From: Polynucleobacter sp. JS-Mosq-20-D10
Lineage (GTDB): Bacteria; Pseudomonadota; Gammaproteobacteria; Burkholderiales; Burkholderiaceae
Reading direction: 5' to 3'
DNA length: 32,000 nucleotides
Assembly (NCBI RefSeq): GCF_018687755.1
Contig: NZ_CP061305.1
Location: 1,539,551 to 1,571,550, forward strand
Shown here one piece after another: positions 18,662-25,969 of the stretch. The stretch's first letter is position 1; every line of letters starts with the position of its first letter. The notes under the pieces are model-generated. The model ran no database searches, was not told where the DNA came from, and saw only the letters and a list, made by a program, of their open reading frames with translations. A program made the translations under genes and the position numbers.

Positions 18662-19930
18662 ATGAATTTTCGCGTCTCCTACCTTGCTTCAACACTATTA
18701 ATAGCGCTACTACTTAGCGCCTGTTCCAGTACTAGTGTCCAGCAAATTAACCCTACAGAGACTATCGTAAACCAGTCCGAGGATGCTGCGGCAGAAGACC
18801 GGTTCAACCAAAACCTCAACCAATTAATTACTCAAATTGCTCAAACTCAGGGAATCCCTCAGGCAAGCCTTGAATCAGGCTTCTCAGATGCTAAAACGAT
18901 TCCCTCCATTCGAAAATTGGTGTTACCCCCATCGGGTAACTTTAAAAGGAATTGGGTAGCCTATCGCAATCGCTTTATTGAGCCAGTTCGCCTAAAAGCT
19001 GGCAAGGCTTTTTGGGAGCAAAACCAGGCATTCCTCAGTAAAACTGAGCAAGAATCAGGGGTACCAGCCGAGGTCATCGTCTCAATTATTGGAATTGAAA
19101 CTATCTATGGACGTCAAACTGGAAATTTTCGAGTCAAGGATGTACTTTCTACGCTAGCCTTCAACTATCCAGATACCCCCAATAAAGCGAGCAGAGAGCA
19201 ACTCTTTAAAGATCAACTTCAAGAACTCATCCTCATGTGCTGGACTGAGGGCGGCGGCAGTTTGCCTGCCAAAAATAGCAAGCAAGGATTAAGTCAAACT
19301 CGCTTTAATGCTTGTTTAAATCAGAATAGCTCTTATGCAGGCGCCATTGGCTTGCCCCAGTTCATGCCAAGCAGTATTCGCAGCTTTGCAGTAGATGGTG
19401 ATGGAGACGGACATGTTGACCTCAAAAAAAGCCCGAAAGATGCTATTGCTAGTGTAGCTAATTTCATGATGAGGCATGGCTGGCAGCCTGGAATGCCGAT
19501 TTACTTCCCCGTACAAGAAGCGGCGATCAGCGAAGCAAGACTCCTAGCTGATGGTGAGCCTCAACTGAAATACACGATTCAAGAACTCATCAAAAACGGC
19601 ATTCTAACAAATGAGCAAGGCGATCTTCAGTCTGGTGGTGTTGAGTTACAAAGCAAGGCTCTCATTGTTGACCTTCCTTACCCCGATAAAGATGGCAATG
19701 ATCAGGTGCGCTATGTAGTTGGCTTAAATAACTTTCTGACGATTGTGCAATACAACCGCAGTTACTTTTATGCACAAAGTGTTGCAGAGTTTGCGGAAGC
19801 ACTGGGATACAAAAACCAAAGTATAGCCACCATCACTACATCGAAAGCGCAATCGGAAACAAAGTCAGTTGGACCGTCCAAATCCAAATCCAAGAAGTCT
19901 GCTAACAAGAAAAAGCAGAAGCAAACCTAA
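18662..19930 (+). CDS. mltB: Lytic murein transglycosylase B-family lipoprotein
   Basis: Lipobox LLLSAC. MltB-family core motifs are present: IIGIETIYGR (catalytic Glu region), GAIGLPQFMPSS and DGDGDGHVDL. A Lys-rich C-terminal tail follows. A perfect TATAAT at 18613-18618 is a possible -10, but there is no good -35. Confidence 0.82.
   Translation: MNFRVSYLASTLLIALLLSACSSTSVQQINPTETIVNQSEDAAAEDRFNQNLNQLITQIAQTQGIPQASLESGFSDAKTIPSIRKLVLPPSGNFKRNWVAYRNRFIEPVRLKAGKAFWEQNQAFLSKTEQESGVPAEVIVSIIGIETIYGRQTGNFRVKDVLSTLAFNYPDTPNKASREQLFKDQLQELILMCWTEGGGSLPAKNSKQGLSQTRFNACLNQNSSYAGAIGLPQFMPSSIRSFAVDGDGDGHVDLKKSPKDAIASVANFMMRHGWQPGMPIYFPVQEAAISEARLLADGEPQLKYTIQELIKNGILTNEQGDLQSGGVELQSKALIVDLPYPDKDGNDQVRYVVGLNNFLTIVQYNRSYFYAQSVAEFAEALGYKNQSIATITTSKAQSETKSVGPSKSKSKKSANKKKQKQT
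19877..19894 (+). repeat. In-frame hexanucleotide tandem repeat (TCCAAA TCCAAA TCCAAG) encoding SKSKSK in the mltB tail
   Basis: Read directly from the sequence. It is codon-aligned with mltB. Confidence 0.9.
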
Positions 19931-19948
19931 TGCTGAAGTTTGAATGTC

Positions 19949-20860
19949 TTACGCCGGAAAAACGCCAGTAGATAGATAGCGGTCACCACGGTCGCAAACA
20001 ATAAAAACAATTGTTGCATTCTCAACCTGGCGAGCGATTCGCAAGGCAACCACTAAAGCGCCGCCAGCAGAAATGCCGCAGAAGATGCCCTCTTCAGCTG
20101 CAAGACGACGCGCCATTTCTTCAGCATCCGCTTGGCTAACATACTCAATGCGATCAACTCTATCGCCCTGGTAAATCTTAGGCAGGTACTCTGGAGCCCA
20201 TTTACGAATACCTGGAATCTGTGAACCCTCTTCCGGTTGAGCGCCAATAATCTGGATATTGGGATTCATGGTTTTTAAATAAGTAGAGACTCCAGTAATA
20301 GTTCCAGTAGTGCCCATCGATGAGACAAAGTGCGTCACCTGGCCATTGGTATCGCGCCAGATCTCTGGGCCGGTCGTCTCGATGTGAGCACGTGGATTAT
20401 CTGGATTAGCGAATTGATCCAACAATCTTCCACGACCCTCCTTCTGCAATTGTGATGCATAGTCACGAGCAAATTCCATACCCCCAGAAGCTGCTGTCAG
20501 AATGAGTTCTGCTCCATAGGCGGCCATACTTTGACGACGCTCAATACTCTGGTTCTCAGGCATCACTAAAACCATCTTGTAGCCCAACATCGCAGCAGTC
20601 ATCGCTAAAGCAATACCAGTGTTACCGCTAGTAGCCTCAATCAGAGTATCACCAGGCTTAATTTCGCCGCGCTCTTGTGCGCGTAGGATCATCGACAGCG
20701 CAGGTCGGTCTTTTACCGACCCTGCTGGATTATTACCCTCCAACTTTCCTAAGATCAGATTATTTTTGGAATCGTTTTCAGCACCCGGAATGCGTTGCAA
20801 ACGAACCAGGGGTGTATTACCCACGGTCTGTGAAATAGTTAAGTAAGAAGGTGTGTTCAT
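19949..20860 (-). CDS. cysM: Cysteine synthase B (O-acetylserine sulfhydrylase B)
   Basis: PLP-lysine motif NPAGSVKDRPA, TSGNTGIALA, and the GNTPLVRLQRI N-terminus. A length of 303 aa is typical of CysM rather than CysK. Confidence 0.85.
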   Translation of the reverse strand: MNTPSYLTISQTVGNTPLVRLQRIPGAENDSKNNLILGKLEGNNPAGSVKDRPALSMILRAQERGEIKPGDTLIEATSGNTGIALAMTAAMLGYKMVLVMPENQSIERRQSMAAYGAELILTAASGGMEFARDYASQLQKEGRGRLLDQFANPDNPRAHIETTGPEIWRDTNGQVTHFVSSMGTTGTITGVSTYLKTMNPNIQIIGAQPEEGSQIPGIRKWAPEYLPKIYQGDRVDRIEYVSQADAEEMARRLAAEEGIFCGISAGGALVVALRIARQVENATIVFIVCDRGDRYLSTGVFPA

Positions 20861-20901
20861 GAAACCATTTTAGCCATAAGCTAGGCTAGACGTAAAAGGG
20901 C

Positions 20902-21297
20902 TTAATTTCGGCGACTTGGTTCCGTACGATCCGTAGGATGGCGAGAACCACTTTGACCGCGTGAGCCACGTCTGCTAGTCTTGGAGCCCTCTTTATTGGT
21001 GCGGCCATGAGGTTCACGAAAAGAACTTGGCGCCTCGATAGTTAAGCCGTTATCCACCATCTTTTCCACAGATTTCATACCAATGCCTCGAACCCGTTTT
21101 TGCAGGTCATTGGCATCCTGAAAATGCCCGCCATCTAAACGTTCGGCAATGATTGTTTTTGCCCTAGAAGGCCCAATTCCTTTAATACTTTCTAATTCAG
21201 ACTGGGTTGCGGTATTGACATTGATTGGTGAGGCAGCAGCTAAACTTGAGACAGCTACAAATACTGAAAACACTAAAGACTTTAATAATTGATTCAT
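20902..21297 (-). CDS. comEA: ComEA-family helix-hairpin-helix DNA-binding protein, exported
   Basis: Signal peptide MNQLLKSLVFSVFVAVSSLAAA. Two HhH motifs (INVNTATQSELESIKGIGPSRAKTII and VRGIGMKSVEKM). A GGAG SD lies 6 nt upstream. An Arg/Ser/Gly-rich C-terminal tail follows. Confidence 0.8.
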   Translation of the reverse strand: MNQLLKSLVFSVFVAVSSLAAASPINVNTATQSELESIKGIGPSRAKTIIAERLDGGHFQDANDLQKRVRGIGMKSVEKMVDNGLTIEAPSSFREPHGRTNKEGSKTSRRGSRGQSGSRHPTDRTEPSRRN

Positions 21298-21310
21298 TCA
21301 ATCTCCATCA

Positions 21311-21349
21311 GTTAATAAAAAATCCACCTATACAAAGTGCAAGTGGATT
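21311..21349 (-). terminator. Probable intrinsic terminator after the CHAT three-gene module
   Basis: The minus strand reads AATCCAC, a 15-nt loop, GTGGATT, then TTTTATT. The stem is only 7 bp and the loop is large, so it may be a weak or partial terminator. It ends 19 nt before the comEA ATG. Confidence 0.45.
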
Positions 21350-21420
21350 AGATATAACGAATGAGGCTGATGACTGTTGACCAAATTACGTGGAGGACAA
21401 CTAAATCAGGAAATACTTAC

Positions 21421-22212
21421 TCAACCAATGATGCCCTTTAGGCCGGTATAAATAGACACAGCAGTGGTCCCAAGCGCAACAATAGTTCCACCGTATTCCT
21501 GTAACTTTTTCATCAGGCCATGCAAATTCGATGGCGAAATTTGCCCCTCACCCAGGCCTGTAACGACCGCTTTAAGAAAGGGATTGATTGATGCTTTTCG
21601 TAAATGTCTTTGTTTGCTCGCGTAAGCGACCCCACCGAGAAGCATCCCCGTTAAGAAACTAAAGGCGATACTTGCGGAATACTCCAAAACTTCCCGCCAT
21701 TCAAATATATTTTGAGGCCAAATTGGAGACCCATCCACTATAGAAGTCATCCAGCTCATACCAATGACAGAAGCAATAGCTAAAAATACTACCCCCATAA
21801 ACCAAGGAAATAATTTGCGAGTAGTACTTTTAAATAAGAAGTATCCAAAAGGTAAAGGCAGGATGATCGAGATCAATCTTAAGTACAGGGGCTTAGTGTC
21901 GTAAACAATTGAGATCAATCCATGTGCAGCCAGTAGGAGTGCGAGAGGAATGCCGATGTATATGACAATGTCCAATATGGATAAAGCAAGACCTCTTGGC
22001 TCAACCTGTTGTTGCACTTGTTCATCTAACAATAATTGCAATTCTGCAATACGATGCTCATAGGCATCTTGATTCGGAATCTCTTCAAGGCGCTTTTCAA
22101 GCTCCGCCATCTTAGCCATCATGGGCTTGAACAAATAAAGATCACGAGTACAGACCTTGCAGACCGATGCCTCTTCAGCAACTTCAGAGAGGCAGTATGG
22201 GCAATTCATCAT
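21421..22212 (-). CDS. Zinc-ribbon multipass membrane protein (unknown function), third gene of the CHAT module
   Basis: 263 aa. N-terminal C4-x2-C7-x10-C18-x2-C21 zinc ribbon, then a heptad-like segment (MAKMAELEKRLEE...IAELQLLLDEQVQQQ), then about 5 hydrophobic helices. The positive-inside rule suggests N-in, C-out. The ATG overlaps the stop of the upstream gene (ATGA at 22209-22212). Confidence 0.75.
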   Translation of the reverse strand: MMNCPYCLSEVAEEASVCKVCTRDLYLFKPMMAKMAELEKRLEEIPNQDAYEHRIAELQLLLDEQVQQQVEPRGLALSILDIVIYIGIPLALLLAAHGLISIVYDTKPLYLRLISIILPLPFGYFLFKSTTRKLFPWFMGVVFLAIASVIGMSWMTSIVDGSPIWPQNIFEWREVLEYSASIAFSFLTGMLLGGVAYASKQRHLRKASINPFLKAVVTGLGEGQISPSNLHGLMKKLQEYGGTIVALGTTAVSIYTGLKGIIG

Positions 22213-22649
22213 TTAACGACTAGAGTGAAAACAGTATTTGTTTCTCGACCATCAGTATCTTTCGCTGTCACGCGGATTGTGTGAGAGCCGGAAGGTACAT
22301 CTGCTTTTGAAAAATCAATACCAGATGCGCTAATAGAATTTTTTAATCTTGGCGTTAAATCCACAAAGGGGGATTTCATATAAACAACCTTGACTGAAGA
22401 TGGATCAATCTTGCCTTCACCGCGCGCTTCAAAGTTGACCTTGAAATCAAGTGGTGAGCTAACTGGAGCATCAGCCTCCGGAGAAACTAGCTTCACTGAT
22501 GGGCCTCGAGAAATCCCACGGGTAGCTAATGCTCCAGATGCCGCTGGCAAAGCAGCTTCTTTGGCGCTAATTAAAGGTGCCGCACTGACTAATGAGGTGG
22601 TAACCATGAGACTAGTAAAAAATAGGATTTGAGTAAGCTTCATCATCAT
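22209..22649 (-). CDS. Small secreted beta-rich (Ig / beta-sandwich-like) protein, second gene of the CHAT module
   Basis: 146 aa. Sec signal peptide MMMKLTQILFFTSLMVTTSLVSA/AP. An Ala/Gly/Ser/Pro-rich linker contains LATRGI. The remaining ~95 aa show alternating beta-strand-like patterns (VKLVSP, DFKVNFEA, VKVVYM, HTIRVTAKDTDGRETNTVFTLVV). The fold call is inferred from sequence pattern only. Confidence 0.7.
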   Translation of the reverse strand: MMMKLTQILFFTSLMVTTSLVSAAPLISAKEAALPAASGALATRGISRGPSVKLVSPEADAPVSSPLDFKVNFEARGEGKIDPSSVKVVYMKSPFVDLTPRLKNSISASGIDFSKADVPSGSHTIRVTAKDTDGRETNTVFTLVVK

Positions 22650-22691
22650 TCCAAAATAAGGGTTATTTAATTGCGATTAGTAGATATTAAA

Positions 22692-25600
22692 TCAATCACC
22701 AACCACTACAAACGGAGCCCAAAATAAGGGGTGCGCATAAGAGTATTTTATCGTGTTGCCCTCCCTCATCCCGCCTTGGTCGACTTGATTGAGCATTGCC
22801 TGACGAAGTAGCTCGGCTTTACTAGTATCTTGAGCTTTTTGCTGATTCTTAAATAGATCGGTCATCATGGTTCTAGATGCCGCAGAATCAACTGGCCAGT
22901 TAGAAACTAAGAGGGCTTTTGCACCGGCAAAGAAAAAGGCCCTACCTAAGCCTGAGACTGCTTCAGAACCAGCGCCATCTCCTGCCGCAGTATTACAAGC
23001 AGAGAGTACTACCCAGTCGGCATCGAGCTTTAAGGTCAGCACCTTATCCATGGTGAGTAGGCCATCATCTTTATCACCGGTGACTTCTGGAGAAGATAAA
23101 GCGAGCGCTGGCTGGGTTAAGCCATTAAGCTCACCTGGCACTAAACCATGGGTGGCAAACATCACCACCTTACGATTGGACAGATCAGTAGACATCACCT
23201 GCTTAACCGAAGCTTGTTTATGCAAGAAAATATCGCCATCTCCAGCACCAATGGCCTTACCAATTTCTTCTAACTCAAGACTGGTATCTGGCAAGCGGGG
23301 CAGTAATGCCAGCTCTGCTGAACTCACTCCAGAGGTCTTAGGCGCACTACGCAAAGACAGTGGAATACCTCTAGTAGCAAGTTGAGTAGCCTTTACTTGC
23401 TTTTGCGCAGACTTTTCTTGTTCACTACTAAAGTAAGGGTCGCCAAAACCAATAAAGTTTTTACGATTTGGGTTTCCAGCAGGTAAAGCACGTAAGGCTG
23501 TTAAAGCTGTAACAGACGGGATCTGGGCAACGGCAATATCCCGCGTTAACCAAGGAACAGTCTTATACCCACTAAACGGTGTGGCACCACCTTTGGCAGG
23601 TTGAGATGTTGGCTTGGTAACCAGTAAGGATAAGGGCAATTGGCCAAGTTCTGCATGTGGTACGGTCAACATTACCTTTTTGCCAATAAATGCACTCTGT
23701 ACTGGGGCAAGAACTTGTTGATAAAGTTGATTCGCTAACGCCACATCAAACGGCGGAATCTCATCGATCGTAGCAACGCCTGGATCTAAAGACTTACGTA
23801 GTTGCGTTACTGCTTTTGAAATTTGGGCACGGCCAACAGCAAGCTGAAAAAACTGTACCGGCTTATCTTTGCTAATTGCCCAAACATAACCCACGTTATC
23901 TGTGAAATACCATGAGACCAAAACTTCATCAGACTTTAACGCTTTTTGAGTTCGCTCTACAGAAGCTGGTTTTGGCTCAACTAACTCAGCATAGTCCGGA
24001 AACTTCTTCTCAATCTCTTTTTTCAAATCTTCACGCTGAGATTTAAAGGTGGTGATGTCAGCTCGAATCTTAGCTTGAGCGGCAGGGAGTTGTTGCGCAG
24101 GCGGGGCTGATAATAAACCAGTCAAGAGCTCCGTCAAAGTATTGATGCGTTGCTGCAAATCTTGTTCACGGCGAGCTAAAGACGCTAATTGCGGATCGGA
24201 AATAGTAGCGCGCGCTGCACTTGAAGTAAGGGCACGCTGTACACCGCTCCCACGTGCAAGATCAGCAATTTGGAAGGCTTCAGCAGCAGCCGCTCCCGAT
24301 GAATCTGTTTTTGCTTGCTGGGCAAGAGAGGCTAAATACTCCTCTAAAACAAAGATCATTCTTTGGGTTTGCCGTATTGTTGCGGTGGAATTTTCCGAAT
24401 CATTTCGCGCCTGATCAATCAGAATCGGAATAGATTGCTTGAACTCAGATAGCGCTTGAGAACCTTGTCCTGACACTTGAAGCGCAGATGCATTAAATGC
24501 TCTGATTGCCGCAAGACGTGGCGAGCTCTTTTCCATTCGAGCGCCCGCCTTGGAGAGCATATCTGCAGTCATTGTGACAGCCTGTGATGCTTTACCTGTT
24601 TTAACCAAAGCAATAGCCCAATCAAGATCGCCAGATTGATAACTAGAGGCAAGCTCAGGATCGCTCTTAATACCATCTACCATTTCATTGAACATCTTAT
24701 CTGCCTGTACATATTTACCATCTGCAGCTAATGATGTGCCTAAAGCTTTTCTTGCTGCCGCAATTAATGGAGATGCAGAATAATTTGTTGATTGTATTGC
24801 CACCTTGAGAGCTGCCTGAGATAACATTACCGCCTCAGCCTGACGCCCTTGCTCGCTAATAATTTTTGACAAGGTTAATAATGCAAAACAAGTGCTTGCA
24901 GAATTCACCCCCTCGCGATTAATCGCCAGTACAACCGACTCTCTCGCCCAATATTCAGCATCAATTAAACGTCGCTGACCTAGAAAAGCATTTGCTAGTT
25001 GGTTATATAAACCAACTCTTTGACCATAGGCATATCTAGGCGTACTAGAAATATCCTGCAATACTCTGACCTCATTATCTAAGGCATCCTTATTACTATC
25101 TTTGACGTTATCAAGAATTGTTTTATTTAAGCTCAGAGCAGTTCTGATACTCCTCTCAGCTTCAATAAATTTACCCTCCGACATAAATACTCTGCCACGA
25201 GCCCGCTCATAACCCAATTGCCAGTTGGTTTTATATATAAAGTTTGGATTTCTAGCTACGCTAATTAGATTAGAGTAATCATTTTCAAGGATGGCTAAGG
25301 CTTTATTGGCGCACTCAAAATCCCCTATACGTAAACATATATTGACAATAGTTTGTCCGGTACTAATCTTCCAGCCACCAAGATTATTGGGAATGATTGC
25401 TTTTGTTTCTTCAGCTATTTTTTTGGCAAGTACTAAGTTGCCCCTTAATGCCTCCTGTTGGGCATACTGCATTCTTTCATCTATCTGCATTGCAATATCG
25501 AAACTAGGATGATCAATTGCTGCCTTTTTAAAATTCTCTACAGCTTCTTTGGAGTTTTCTAAGATATTTTCAGCAACAGCACGCTGATAGTAGTAGTGAT

Positions 25601-25844
25601 TTAGAGCGCTAGAGTCATTCGACGATGGCGGAGATTTAGCTAGTATTTTTTTCGCCTTGTCTATCAACGCCTGATCCTGTCGAGTCTGACTCAATATCTG
25701 TAGAATGTCTTTCACATCTCTTGGCGGCGCCTTCATACTCTCAACGTCTACTTCATCTTTATTGGGAGCAGCAAATGAAGAATTCGACATTATCAATAAG
25801 CTGCAGCACAGCAATAGTGATTGAAGTAGCGAGAGCTTGCGCAT
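22692..25844 (-). CDS. Exported TPR-repeat / CHAT-domain (caspase-fold, clan CD) peptidase
   Basis: 1050 aa. Sec signal peptide MRKLSLLQSLLLCCSLLIMSNSSFA/AP. About 550 aa of TPR-like helical repeats come first, then a coiled-coil linker (REQDLQQRINTL...REDLKKEIEKKFPDYAELV). The C-terminal CHAT domain has His899 (MFATHG, codon 23148-23150) and Cys950 (VVLSACNTAAGD, codon 22995-22997) in canonical order and ends HPLFWAPFVVVGD. A GGGGA SD lies 6 nt upstream of the ATG. Confidence 0.85.
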   Translation of the reverse strand: MRKLSLLQSLLLCCSLLIMSNSSFAAPNKDEVDVESMKAPPRDVKDILQILSQTRQDQALIDKAKKILAKSPPSSNDSSALNHYYYQRAVAENILENSKEAVENFKKAAIDHPSFDIAMQIDERMQYAQQEALRGNLVLAKKIAEETKAIIPNNLGGWKISTGQTIVNICLRIGDFECANKALAILENDYSNLISVARNPNFIYKTNWQLGYERARGRVFMSEGKFIEAERSIRTALSLNKTILDNVKDSNKDALDNEVRVLQDISSTPRYAYGQRVGLYNQLANAFLGQRRLIDAEYWARESVVLAINREGVNSASTCFALLTLSKIISEQGRQAEAVMLSQAALKVAIQSTNYSASPLIAAARKALGTSLAADGKYVQADKMFNEMVDGIKSDPELASSYQSGDLDWAIALVKTGKASQAVTMTADMLSKAGARMEKSSPRLAAIRAFNASALQVSGQGSQALSEFKQSIPILIDQARNDSENSTATIRQTQRMIFVLEEYLASLAQQAKTDSSGAAAAEAFQIADLARGSGVQRALTSSAARATISDPQLASLARREQDLQQRINTLTELLTGLLSAPPAQQLPAAQAKIRADITTFKSQREDLKKEIEKKFPDYAELVEPKPASVERTQKALKSDEVLVSWYFTDNVGYVWAISKDKPVQFFQLAVGRAQISKAVTQLRKSLDPGVATIDEIPPFDVALANQLYQQVLAPVQSAFIGKKVMLTVPHAELGQLPLSLLVTKPTSQPAKGGATPFSGYKTVPWLTRDIAVAQIPSVTALTALRALPAGNPNRKNFIGFGDPYFSSEQEKSAQKQVKATQLATRGIPLSLRSAPKTSGVSSAELALLPRLPDTSLELEEIGKAIGAGDGDIFLHKQASVKQVMSTDLSNRKVVMFATHGLVPGELNGLTQPALALSSPEVTGDKDDGLLTMDKVLTLKLDADWVVLSACNTAAGDGAGSEAVSGLGRAFFFAGAKALLVSNWPVDSAASRTMMTDLFKNQQKAQDTSKAELLRQAMLNQVDQGGMREGNTIKYSYAHPLFWAPFVVVGD

Positions 25845-25908
25845 AGAAATTCCCCTATTTTTTATAAGGAATATACTAACTCAAAACTAGATATGCACTA
25901 GTCAATCA

Positions 25909-25928
25909 ACATAGGAGCACTCCTATGT
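25909..25928. promoter_or_regulatory. Perfect palindrome ACATAGGA-GCAC-TCCTATGT between hldD and the CHAT gene
   Basis: 8-bp arms with a 4-nt loop, 41 nt after the hldD stop and 64 nt before the CHAT ATG. On the minus strand it is followed directly by TTGATTGACT. It could be a weak hldD terminator (no clean U-tract) or an operator overlapping a -35-like TTGACT. Confidence 0.4.
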
Positions 25929-25969
25929 ATGCGGAAATCAGCTCCCAGGAATGGGTGCCGATCTATAAC

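Noticed and set aside
21421-22212. The zinc-ribbon membrane protein as a zinc-binding anti-sigma factor.
   Set aside because: The motif is CxxC-x10-CxxC, not the ZAS HxxxCxxC. The protein has about 5 TM helices rather than one. No ECF sigma-factor gene is adjacent.
21298-25969. The CHAT module as a mobile genomic island or a known defence system (type III-E Craspase, or a gasdermin-protease pair).
   Set aside because: No integrase, transposase, tRNA or flanking direct repeats are present; the only shared flank string I found was a 7-mer, AAATCAG. No CRISPR array, cas gene or gasdermin-like gene occurs in the window. The protease carries a Sec signal peptide, which is inconsistent with those cytoplasmic systems.
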